Source: Squalus acanthias
Taxonomy: Eukaryota
NCBI GenBank assembly: GCA_030390025.1
Contig: CM059432.1
Span: forward strand, 22,756,001-22,820,000
Direction: 5' to 3'
DNA: 64,000 nt
Below, in pieces: positions 10,641 to 22,449 of this stretch. Within the stretch, counting starts at the first letter, position 1; the number at the start of each line of letters is the position of its first letter. The position numbers and the translations under genes are program-made. The notes under the pieces are model-generated. The model ran no database searches. It was not told the DNA's origin and saw nothing but the letters and a program-made list of their open reading frames with translations.

Positions 10641-13244
10641 AATTGAAAAAAAAACTTTGAACTACAATTTAAGTTAAGCTGGTGTGTAAAACTGAGAAGA
10701 ACAACAAAGTTTGTTTAACAAAAGATTAAGTTTCGGTCTAAGATTTAACCTTGAAGTCACGGTTGCTATGGTGAAATCTTCCAAAGCAGTTTGGTTTGAT
10801 TTGCGTAAATGTGAAAAACTAATTTTTCTCCAGTTATATTCAATGTTTTTACAGTATTTTGGAAAGGCATCTGAAGAAAGGACAATAAGAAATATGATGT
10901 AATTTATGGTTTTCTACAAGCATGTACTAGTTTGTTTTGTTTTATCTGTTCTGTTCGTGTTCAGTTAAAGTGTGAAAACAATGCTGTCTTTTCTGATCAG
11001 GAAAGTTTTTTTTAAATTTACGTGAAGTGACGCAATTGCGTGCATCTGATAATGTTTCGCTCCACCTTCTTAAAAACCTGCAAAGGAGTTAACCCTTTCC
11101 ACTGACAGCTGTTTAAGTTCATCAAGCAATAACTTTAGTTTTACTGGATGAAATTTAAAGATATTGGAAATTTAAGTTTCTAAGCCACCTAGCTTAGAAA
11201 CCACTTGTTTCTGAAATTGGAATTGATAAGATAAATTGATAGAAATGAAATTGAACATTGACAAAACCTGTCAGTTCAACAGTACTGCTGTTTGGGTTTT
11301 GGGATAATTTTGAAATGACGAAATGGACTCAGGCACTATATATTGGGTTACTTATGGGAAAATAAAGATCCTCTAAAATAATAAATAACAGACGTTACTA
11401 TGTTTTCAATCTTAAATATTGTACTAGACAGTAAAGTTTCTCCACGGCTCATGAATGAGATATGAATGGTAATTAAAGGGAAGTGATTGAAGGTGTAAGA
11501 TTGAAACAGGAGAATTACACTACTGAATGGGAATTAAAAAAAAACTTTCTGGTGAAAATCAGGAAAGGGTAGCAGCGGGAGGGCGGGGCGGGGGGGCATC
11601 GCAACCGAACAAGAGGATTCAGGGGAGCTGTTATACTTGTGGAAAAGTGGGACATATGGCAAATTAAACAGGAAAGAGTAGCTAAGAATAGTAAATTGAT
11701 AGCTTTCTCTTGGAGACATTTGTGTCCCTGCCTATAATGAACTTTTTAAGAAAACTGAATTTGATAGCCTGGCCACTATCCAAGACATTGGGACCATGCA
11801 GAGGAAGATGAACAAAGACCTCCAGACAATCTTTTGATAAGATACCTGAAAGCCCGAGAAAGGCACATGTGGCATGATGTGGAGATACCGATATGAGTGT
11901 GCAAATGTGATTTGTTACATGTGAGGCAGTTGCCATCCGGGAATGTATGGTGAATCTGCACTGAAGAATGGGTCTCAGTCTGCTCAGTTACTTGACAACA
12001 GCAAAACATGAAATGGTTAATGTGGTTCAGGAGAGCGAGACAACTTTTAAAGCATTGACACATACTCCGTCGAGAAACTATCTAATTAATGAAACAATCA
12101 GAATAGAGTTAAAAACACTGGTACCTGTTAGAGGGATTGAAATTGAAGTTGAAGTGGAGAGTTACATGGAATCTGGATTGGGACAATTGAGGGCTAAGGA
12201 GAAATCATGTTTAGTAAGAATTATCCACAAGATGGATATGAGTCAAGAGAGATCTGGAGAATCTTTTAAGTCCATGATTTGTTGATTAGATGTTAACTGT
12301 AATGTTGCTTGAAATGATTGTAAGACTGAATTTAACTGTGACTGTAATAATTGTGTTTTGTAGGTAACAGAGTGTGGGGAAAAACCAGTGCGAATCCAGT
12401 ATGAGGTGGTTTTGGTGGTGCCTCCTGTGTCACTACTACTGCAATTACCATGCTTTATGGGTCTAACAGGACCTGTCCCATCAACCAACACGTTTTTAAG
12501 TATGAGCTACACAATTAAGTGGCACAATTCGGATACTACATTCCCCTGTTGTCTAAGGGTACCAGTGAGCTCATGATGCGACTGAACTCCTCCCTAAAGC
12601 CTTTTTATGTTTTGGAGGAAGACAACTCGAGAATAGATATTGAAATTGACAGCGTAGAGGACAACTCACACTGGTGGGATATTGGGCTTAATATATCAGC
12701 ACACCCTTAGATTCGTATTATTTCACACGCTCTGGTAGTTCTCCAACTTGTAATGATAGTGTATTTGATATATGTAACGTGTGGAGTAAGACTTTGATAC
12801 ATAAGCCAATTGGGTACTCATGCCTATGACTAACCAGCACCAACAAATTAATTGAGCACACCAAAAGAGAAGATCCAAAGCAATATAGAGGAGACCCCAG
12901 GCGGGGTAACATCAGGAAAGATAGAAGAAACAGAGGATACCCCAGGCGGAGCAGAATTGGAACACCGGAACAATGAATTGAATTTGAGTAAGGGGTCAGA
13001 GGTTGCTCCTTCTCCTCCAAGGAATGGACTGTTGGAAGGGAGAAATCTTCAAGACTCCCTGCTAACTAATGCCCAAGTTGAGAGAGCAATAAGAACTAGC
13101 TAGATTAGTCAAGAGCCGATTGTGAGAAGTCAATAAGGATATTTCCTTCTCAAAGAAGGGAATTGTAAGAAATAGCTGTTAGATTCAAAGATGGGTTTTA
13201 ATTCTTAGAACAGAGACTGACAACATGCAGCCAGGAACGGATAA
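10641..13244 (+). mobile_element. Fragment of a second LTR retroelement embedded in ERV pol (leader-like DNA, gag knuckle, env-like TM remnant, PPT plus LTR start)
   Basis: CYTCGKVGHMAN* at ~11630-11667. ...VEDNSHWWDIGLNISAHP*IRIISHALVVLQLVMIVYLIYVTC at ~12650-12785. Purine tract AAAGAAGGGAA 13152-13162, then TGTAAG at 13164. Confidence 0.6.
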
Positions 13245-14648
13245 CAGATATGCATTCGGGGTAGTACATGATTATATGACAGCTTGGGGGAGACGAGGGT
13301 TTGTCACAACAGGTGGAGACCACATTAAACATCAATAACGGATAGAAGCCCTTTTGGAAGCCGCGAAGGCTCCCACACAGGCAGCAGTAGTAAAGATAAA
13401 AGCCCATCAGAAGATAGAAAACCCTCAACAGAAGGGAAACAGAGCGGCAGATTTAGCAGCACAACAAGCATTAAAACAAGAAAGGGTTATAGAGACGGTA
13501 GCTAGTGTACAGGTGGAGGAGGTGGATATTAAAAGATTACATAAGGACACCCCGCCTGGAGAAATGCAGGAATGGTATCGTGTAGGAGGTAGAGAAGATG
13601 AAGAAGGGATGTGACGGAAAAACGGCAAAGTAATAGCCCCCGTTTGCATTCGGCAAACGCTCTTGAACTTACACCACGGCAGTGACCACACTGGAAGGGG
13701 GGCAATGATTCATTTAATAGAACAAGAATGGTGGTGGCCAGGTGTAGGGAGGGATATAGCAAAACACTGTCAGAGGTGCCTAACGTGTGCACAATATAAT
13801 CCAGGATGGCCAGTAAAAATACAGCCAAGACCAAGGGGTACCTGGGAAAAGATACAAATAGACTTTACGGGACCCCTACCAATCTCAAGGGGAAAGGTGT
13901 ACTGCCTAGTGGTAATAGATCAATTCACGCGATGGGTGGAAGCTTTCCCCACACAAAACTGCACAGCTGCCACAGTGGCCCGGATAATGGCAGAGGAAAT
14001 AATACCGCGATGGGGGGTGCCCACTCAAATCGACACTGACCAGGGAACCCATTTCACGGGAAAGGTAGTAAAGGATATCTGCGCGTGGATGGGAATAAAA
14101 CAAAAATTTCACATTCCCTACCGTCCTCAGAGCTCTGGGATGGTGGAACGAATGAATCGGACCCTAAAAAGGCTCTGAGCGAAAACTACCAATTTTGGGT
14201 AGATGCTCTGCCCGCAGTCCTGATGAAATTACGAGCTATCCCTAATTGAACGACAGGCTTATCTCCCTATGAATTAATGACAGGGCGAGCAATGCAACTC
14301 CCTTATGGAATTATAACGGGAGGAGAGGAACTAGGACCCTTAAAGGACAGGATCCGCCGGTATGTCCTTGAATTAAGCAAGCAGTTAAAAGAAATGAGAC
14401 AGCAGGTTAGAGAAAGACAGGAAGAAAAGGATAAAAATTTAGACTTGTCTGCGTTAACAAAAGTTCCCTCTGCAGGAATGAAAGTAATGGTTAAGGTCCT
14501 GGCTGCAAAGCCAGGGTTTGCCCCAAGATGGTCCGGTCCTTATCAAGTCCTTATCAGTGGGGATACGTGTGCTTGTATTGATATAAAGGGAATGGGAAGG
14601 TGGAAACACTGGACCCAGCTAAAGACCTTTAACCCTTCACCAGTGTAG
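13245..14648 (+). pseudogene. Retroviral RNase H plus integrase, with stops and frameshifts
   Basis: YAFGVVHDYMTAWGRRGF...KIKAH...GNRAADLAA (RNase H). HHCC zinc finger, IDFTGP / DTDQGTHF / GMVERMNRTLK (DDE), PRWSGPYQV (GPY/F). Confidence 0.93.
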
Positions 14649-14650
14649 AG

Positions 14651-16056
14651 ATGGACGCAACAAAACAAATACCGGGTATAAGGAGTGAGGAAGAGTGGAT
14701 ACCGTATACAGAATGGGAATGGCCCCTGGTAAGGGGATTGGTCTGGGCATTATGCATCATTCTGATTTGCTTCACATTGGGTTGGAGTAAATGCGAGCAG
14801 ATATATGAATTAAAGGTGACCAGGAGTGGGTACGATGGTGCAACCTTCACGTATGGGACGTGGAATCTCGGTACAATTCCAAACATGACTAGTGGGGGGC
14901 CATGGAAGGGTATAATTATGATGATGAATAACATATGGAGTAGGTTTGAAGCCTATAATAACACTTACTTCATATGTGGACATAAAGCTTACCCGTGGCT
15001 CCCCTACAATTGGACGGGGTCTTGTTATCTGGGGTATGTCGTACCCTTTGTACATCACTGCCTAAACCTCAAGGAAAACCCAGCCTATCATTATAAATGA
15101 GAAATTACTGAGGCTGAAAGATACTTCGCGATCTATTTTCCCCCATACGGAGTCGCGAGAGCTATTAAAGAGATATGCTTGTTGGCAGAGGTTTTAGAAC
15201 AGGTTGGGAATGATACAGCAGAAGCTCCAATTGAAACATATAAGATTGTGAAGGGGTTGGATCGGGTGGATGCGGGGAGGATGTTCCCGATGACGGGTGA
15301 GACTAGAACTAGGGGACATAGTCTTAGAATAAGGGGCTGCTCTTTCAAAACTGAGATGAGGAGGAACTACTTCACTCAGAGGGTGGTAGGTCCATGGAAT
15401 ATGCTGCCACAAAAAGCTGTAGAAGCTACATCATTAAATAAATTTAAAACAGAAATAGACAGTTTCCTAGAAGTAAAGGGCATTAAGGGTTACGGGGAGC
15501 GGGCAGGAATTTGGACATGAGTCTAGGTTCGGATCGGTCATGGCCCTGTGGGTAGTGGAGCGGGCCCAGGGACCGTGTAGCCTGATTCTGCTCCTATTTC
15601 GTGTGTGCAATTCTGTTAGATGCAGGAGATGGTTCTGTGATAGTAGATTGGCGGTTAGGATCAGATCAGCCATGATCTTATTGAATGGCGGAGCAGGCTC
15701 GAGGGGCCGATTGGCCTACTCCTGCTCCTATTTCTTATGTTCTTATGTTCTTATGTTCTTATGTTCTTATTAACGCCGAGATGGTAGCGATAAGGACAGT
15801 GATGCTACAAAACCGAATGGCACTTGATTACCTCCTAGCACAAAAAGGGGGAACATGTGCATTGATTGGGACAGAGTGCTGTACATACATTCCTGACAGT
15901 TCAGAAAATATAACTGATTTGGCTGAGCACATACAGAGGGAAGTTCGGATGTTACACGAAACCACAGGGGCAAACTGGTGGGAATGGTTGTTTGGGGGAT
16001 CATGGGGTTCATATCTGATGCATGGCAGCGATGTAAGGCAGCGATGGCTAGAATGA
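14651..16056 (+). pseudogene. Gamma-type retroviral env, internally deleted and split by CR1-C
   Basis: Signal-like hydrophobic segment, YFICGHKAYPWLPYNWTGSCYLGYVVP (SU C-terminus), HYK* (probable cleavage site, CGA>TGA), LQNRMALDYLLAQKGGTCALIGTECC (ISD plus CX6CC). Confidence 0.92.
15230..15770 (+). mobile_element. CR1-C, 5'-truncated 3' fragment nearly identical to the end of CR1-B
   Basis: Matches 9950-10477 except one substitution, one 4-bp indel and tail length (by eye). Confidence 0.95.
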
Positions 16057-16287
16057 TGCCGGTTGCTGTAGTCAATATTGAACCAAGCAATGAACAGCTG
16101 CAACAGGATATCTATATGTAAAGCTCTTTTCTTTTCATAGAGACCACCAGACACCCGACACCAAGGATAGATAGAAGGGAGAGGCGAATTTATGAACACA
16201 GATATAATCCGGGGATGATAAATGCGGGAAAGAAGTCTGTATCCCTGACCAAAATGTTTAATTTGGCACGGGACCGAAAGGAGGGAG

Positions 16288-16791
16288 TGAAAGGGTTCAT
16301 TTGAACTCATGTTAAATTAAATTAAATTAAAACCTCTTAGCTGTACGAAATAGAATAAGAACCCAGGTGGAGAGATAAGCATGGGTGAGAGTTGGAAACT
16401 TAGCCGCACTCAAGGCCAGAATACAATAAACATCTGTGAAGAAATATAATGGACAAATGTGAGAATAAGATACAGCCCAGTACTCAAGCAAACATAGCAG
16501 CATATATACGTCATTGAATTGCTTTTAGTTTGTAGCTGACAAAGATAAGAAATATAACGAATTAATGGATTAGTTTGAATTGACATAATTGTAATCATGT
16601 GATATTTTGTAACTATGTGATTGGACAATTCTTAAATAAAAGGTTGTAATTGACAACGGGAGGTCGAGAAGCTGTAGTCACCAGGCAGGGTAAGGTCTGT
16701 GACGCTTCTCCCAGAGATCTCTGAATATTAAATAAACTGTTTTGCTTTCACCTATCAACACAGACTGGAGTGAAATAATTTCTCCCTAACA
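16288..16791 (+). mobile_element. ERV 3' LTR (504 bp)
   Basis: Preceded by the PPT (16276-16287), TG...CA termini, followed by the CTAG TSD (16792-16795). Confidence 0.94.
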
Positions 16792-18835
16792 CTAGTAAAG
16801 GATTCCATATTCAATTAGAGGGTGAGAAGGTTGGATCTCAAACAAGCGTGCTAAGCTTGAATAAAGGAGACTATGAAGGTATGCGAGCGGAATTGAGTAG
16901 AGTGGATTGGGAAAATAGATTAAAGGGTAAGACGATACATGATCAGTGGTGTACATTTAAGGAGTTATTTTACAACTTCCAAAAAATATATATTCCACTG
17001 AGAATAAAAGGGTGTAAAAGAAAAGACAGTCATCCGTGGCTAAGTAAAGAAATTAAGGATAGTATTCGACTAAAAACAAGGGCTTATAAGGTAGCCAAAT
17101 CTAGTGGGAGGATAGAGGATTGGGAAAACTGTAAAAGACAGCAAAAAATAACAAAAAGATTGATTAAGAAAGGGAAGATAGATTATGAAAGTAAATTAGC
17201 AAAAAATATAAAAACAGATAGTAAGAGTAAGAAAACTGCTAATGTAACACCCTTATTTAAAAAGGGCAATAGACAGAAGGCTGGAAACTATAGACCGGTT
17301 AGCCTAACATCTGTGGTAGGTAACATTTTGGAGTCCATTATTAAGGAGACAGTAATGGGGCATTTGGATAATCATAATTTAATAGGACAAAGTCAGCATG
17401 GTTTTATGAAGGGGAAGTCATGTTTGACAAATTTGCTGGAGTTCTTTGAGGAAGTAACATACAGGGTGGATAAAGGGGAACCAGTGGATGTGGTGTATTT
17501 AGACTTCCAAAAGGCATTTGACAAGGTGCCACACAAAAGATTATTGCTTAAGATAAAAAATCACAGGATTGGGGGTAATATTCTGGCATGGATAGAGGAT
17601 TGGCTATCTAACAGAAGGCACAGAGAGTTGGGATAAATGGTTCATTCTCAGACTGGCAATCAGTAACTAGTGGTGTTCCGCAGGGGTCAGTGCTGGGTCC
17701 CCAACTCTTTACAATCTATATTAATGATTTGGAGGAGGGGACCGAGTGTAACATATCAAAGTTTGTAGATGATACTAAGATGGGAGGGAAAGTAGTGAGG
17801 GAGGAGGACATAAAAAACCTGCAAGGGGACATAGCCAGGCTAAGTAAGTGGGCAGAGATTTGGCAGATGGAATACAATGCTGGAAAGTGTGAGGTTATGC
17901 ACTTTGGCAGGAAAAATAGTAGAGCAAGTTATTATCTTAATGGCAAGAAACTGGAAAGTACTGAAGTACAAAGGGATCTGGGGGTCCTGATGCACGAAAC
18001 TCAAAAGGTTAGTATGCAGGTGCAGCAAGTGATTAAGAAGGCCAATGGAATGTTGGCTTTCATTGCTAGGGGGATAGAATATAAAAATAGGGAGGTATTG
18101 CTTCAGTTGTACAAGGTATTGGTGAGACCGCACCTGGAATACTGCATACAGTTTTGGTGTCCATACTTAAGAAAAGACATACTTGCTCTCGAGTCAGTAC
18201 AAAGAAGGTTCACTCGGTTAATCCCGGGGATGAGCGGATGGACATATGAGGAGAGGTTGGGTAGATTGGGACTCTACTCATTGGAGTTCAGAAGAATGAG
18301 AGGCGATCTTATTGAAACATATAAGATTGTGAAGGGGTTGGATCGGGTGGATGCGGGGAGGATGTTCCCGATGATGGGTGAAACTAGAACTAGGGGGCAT
18401 AGTCTTAGAATAAGGGGCTGCTCTTTCAAAACTGAGATGAGAAGGAACTACTTCACTCAGAGGGTGGTAGGTCCATGGAATATGCTGCCCCAAAAAGCTG
18501 TAGAAGCTACATCATTACATAAATTTAAAACAGAAATAGACAGTTTCCTAGAAGTAAAGGGAATTAAGGGTTACGGGGAGCGGGCAGGAATTTGGACATG
18601 AGTCTAGGTTCGGATCGGTCATGGCCCTGTGGGTAGCGTAGCAGGCCCAGGGGCTGTGTAGCCTGATCCTGCTCCTATTTCGTGTGTCCAATTCTGTTAG
18701 GTTCAGGAGATGGTTCTGTGATAGTAGATTGGCGGTTAGGATCAAATCAGCCATGATCTTATTGAATGGCGGAGCAGGCTCGAGGGGCCAATTGGCCTAC
18801 TCCTGCTCCTATTTCTTATGTTCTTATGTTCTTAT
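16792..18835 (+). mobile_element. CR1-A LINE, 3' part (rest of ORF2 with deletions and a frameshift, 3'UTR, tail)
   Basis: Resumes at CTAGTAAAGGA exactly where 5646 stopped. Small deletion at ~16803, large deletion at ~17229, frameshift at ~17620, (TTCTTATG)n tail. Confidence 0.93.
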
Positions 18836-19850
18836 CCTTAACTATAGACTCTAGCAATTTCCTGACAACAGATTTTAGGCTAACTGGTCTATAATTCCCT
18901 GGTATCCCTCTCTCACCATTTTTAAATAGTGGAGTGACATGTGCAATTTTCCAATCTAAAGGAACGGTTTCTGAAGCAAGAGAACTTTGGAAGATTATAG
19001 TTAGGGCATCTGCAATGCACTCGCCTACTTCCTTTAAAATCCTGGGATGGAAACCATCTGGTCCTGGGGATTTGTCACTCTTTAGTTCCATTATTTTCTC
19101 CATTACTGTTATTTTACTTAATTTTATTGTGTCCCTGCCCCTGATTTAGTTTCCTTGGGATTTCTGGCATGCTATCCTCTTCCTCTACCTAAATACTGAC
19201 GCAAAGTAATTATTCAACATGTCTGCCATTTTGTTATTATAATTGATAATATCATCGCTTTCAATTTTTAAGGGGCCAACATTGCTCCTGACTACCCTCT
19301 TTTTCCTAAAAAAAAAATTGTGTTGATATTGATATCCCTTGCAAGTTTCCTTTCATACTCCCTTTTTGTAGCTATTACTATCTGTTTTGTGACCCTTTGC
19401 TGCACTTTGAATCTTTCCCATTCGCCAGGATCTGTGTTATTTTTTGCATTTTTGTGTGCTTTTTCTTTTCGTTTTATGCTGTCCCTTACCTCTTTAGTCG
19501 TCCATGGCTGTTTTTTCTGGCATGCAGAGCTCTTGCTCCTCAGGGGAATAAATTGGTTCCATATCACATAAAATTATTTTTTGAACATCTCCCACCTGAT
19601 CTTCTGTCGTTTTACCCATTAACAGATTTGCCCAGTTTACTGTGGACATTCTCGGTCTCATCCCATTGAAGTTGGCCTTACCTAAATCTAGACTCTTAGT
19701 ATCTGTTTCGCGTTTCTCCCCTTCAAATGCTACGTTGAACTCGATCATGTTATGACCGCTATTGGATAAATGTTCATGCACAGTTAGGCTGTTAACTAAA
19801 TCTGGCTCATTACTAAATCTAATATGGCTTTCCCCAGTAGACCTTTCTGG
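18833..19850 (-). mobile_element. Old CR1 LINE, upstream ORF2 part belonging to the element at 2041-3361
   Basis: KSPGPDGFHPRILKE...YRPVSL...LLESIVKD ends at ~18833 and joins TEHLE at 3361, apart from a few lost bases. Confidence 0.88.
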
Positions 19851-20274
19851 TCTATTTGTTGTAGTTCCACATTGGGTTGGACATTTACTAACTGACCATT
19901 TGGGAGGGGGGAATGTCTTTTATCATACATACCATCATAATTTTACATCAGCCTTTGCTGTCAGTATGGACATTAATTTAAATCTAAGCAAGGATGGGAA
20001 TAATTGTAGGTCATTTGGCCAACGAGCGGCTCTGCCATCTTGTTATCCATGGTAGCTCTGTCTTTTAAATCCCAATTCACTGCCCTTACAACATATTTCT
20101 CAATATCCTTCTTCCCAAGTAACTATCTGCCTCCCTGTTAAACACCTCAGTTTATATTATGGATTCTTACTAAGGAAACTCACAGTAGAGAGGGGAAGGG
20201 AAAGATTGAAATTCTGATATGATGTATTAATGCACTGCATGAGGCATATGTAGTTTTGGCCACTGAATTGTATA

Positions 20275-20680
20275 TAATTACATAGAAATGACCACACGGA
20301 AACAGGTTGTTGGCCCAACCAGTCTTTGTTGGTGTTAATCCTCCACATGAGCAGTCGTTCTAATCTCATGTGCTTGTTCCCAGGTCCCTTTATTCCTTTC
20401 TTTCAACCACCTATCTAACCTATTCTTAAATGTGACAAAGTCTCTGCTTCAGTCACGAACTCCAGTAGTACATTCCACAGCCTCACAACCCTCTCTGTAA
20501 AAAAATTAAAGATTTTGCTTCTCTCTGTCCTAAATCTCTTACATTTCATCTTATATCAATGTCCCACCTCATTCTAGACCCCTTAACCACTAGAACAGGC
20601 TGTTTCTATCGACTCTGTCCCATCCCTTCATAATATTAAACACCTTGATCAAATCACCCTGTAATTTCCTCTATTCTAGT
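20275..20680 (-). mobile_element. Old CR1 3' fragment
   Basis: Degenerate ORF2 C-terminus and 3'UTR similar to the one at 45270-45700. Confidence 0.65.
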
Positions 20681-21715
20681 TCTATCTTATCAGCTTGTGC
20701 AAGGTTGCCTAGGCACCCAGGAAGCAGATGGTATTGTTTTAAGGCCAGAAAATATGTTGAATCGAATAGTACATCACTGAAATCCCCAGTGAATTTGGAC
20801 AGTCTCGTTCCATTACTCAGCTTAATGCAGTGAGTCAGAAATAAGACATTTGAAGCAGGCAGATAACTATTCACTGACAGGAAATTGCTCTAACAGAATG
20901 TGTGGAGGAGTGAAAAAAATATTAAAATGTTCCAAAGTGCTCCCCCAGTGGCTCACTTGGTAAAGTCAGTGTATAACCGAGTCTTATAGAACAGGACGTC
21001 ACACTTGTGGCAAATTCACTGGTTTCAGTCGGGCCTGTAGTATGCGTACTACAATTATTTGTAGAGAATATCTATTGAAGTCAATGGAAAGGTAGAGTGT
21101 TTAAGTGGTAGCCAATCCGCTACCACCCATTTTCCACCACCGTTGTAAGTTAAAATCAGCCCTTATGACTCTGTAATGGAATAGGCTACTGGCATTCACT
21201 GTTTAGGTCTACATATGACCATTAACCTGAGGTGCCGAAGGGTAGCCTTCAGGATAGGAGGGAACAAAATTGGAGCTGGGATAAAGTTGGAGGTGAGGGA
21301 AAAGAATGCCACAGTAAAGTTATAAACTGGTCAATCTGTAGGGTTCAATAACACAGAGATTATAGAGTTCCTGTCTTTCAGTCACTGATAGCTGTAGGAT
21401 TGAATTCCCAAGCTGCCTATCATTTGAGCTTACCTACTGTTGTTAGGACGAGCTTCATCAGATCTTGAGTGGCCACTTAATGGAGCATTTTGTGATGGCA
21501 TGAGACTGTCTCCTGAGATTGTGTCAAACACTCAACTGACTGAAAGTGCACTTTATGTCTTACTATTCTAACAACACTGAGAGCAGCGATGAAAGCTCGT
21601 TACACTGCGCAATTTGCATCAATATGAAACTTTGCACCAATGCAAACTGTAAGTATAGCCTAGGTATGAAGTTGCCCAAAAGGAGATTAGGTAAGTGATA
21701 TTAGACTACATCTAA

Positions 21716-21835
21716 TGCAATCGCAAAATACTGCAGATGCTGGAAATCTGAAATAACAACAGAAAATGCTGGAAACACACAGCAGGATGCTGCCTGACCT
21801 GCTGAGTGTTTCCAGCATTGTCTGTTGTTATTTTC
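21716..21835. mobile_element. Penelope-derived head-to-head (inverted) terminal fragment with 12-bp TSD
   Basis: AAATAACAACAGAAAATGCTGGAAACACACAGCAGG followed by its near reverse complement. GACTACATCTAA at 21704-21715 and 21836-21847. Confidence 0.8.
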
Positions 21836-22449
21836 GACTACATCTAAGGTAGTTTGAGCCTCATTTGGCTTTGGGCTGCAGTATAGTGAACTGATGTGAA
21901 GTGAAGTTGTAAAAGTTCCCAGGCAAACTTTCCAAATGTAAGTTTTCACTTTTTATTATAAGCAGAAAGTTGTTTATACATTTTAACCTTTATCAGTTTA
22001 CTGCTAAGGGAAACTTTTCACTTACATCTAAGCACACATGTGCATAGCTCAGTTTCCCCTGGTCAGATGACATTTAACTGACAGTATAACTTGGTACCAG
22101 CTTTGAGTTAATCTAAAGTATAAAACGCTTCAGGACATCCTGAGGTCAAGAAAGGTGCTATATAAATGCAAGTTCTTTTGTTCGTTCTTAAGCAAGCACT
22201 GATCTCAAACTGTAGTGTAATCACATACATGTAGAAGCTTACAGATCATTCGGTCTCCCCATCTCCATGGTCCACTCCCCCTACCCCACTATTCCACCCC
22301 TGCCCACTGGCTAAAGGTTCCTTGTAGCATCTCCTGTATAGAAATAATGTGAAAGTAGCTGTTTTTTAAATTTTTTTAAAAACCTATGAGAAAGAGTTTA
22401 ATAACAGTAAACATTATCGTTAAGAATCTAACTGTATTATAAATAGGAT

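Larger units (their letters stand above)
10478..16287 (+). mobile_element. Defective ERV internal region (partial pol plus gamma-type env); PBS, gag, protease and most of RT missing
   Basis: RT-thumb/tether remnants, RNase H, integrase, env ISD, and a PPT GAAAGGAGGGAG directly before the LTR at 16288. Confidence 0.9.

Noticed and set aside
15179..16056. Env-CR1 fusion ORFs (15179-15520, 15685-16056)
   Set aside because: Chance in-frame read-through across the CR1-C insertion junctions, and env has an upstream stop.
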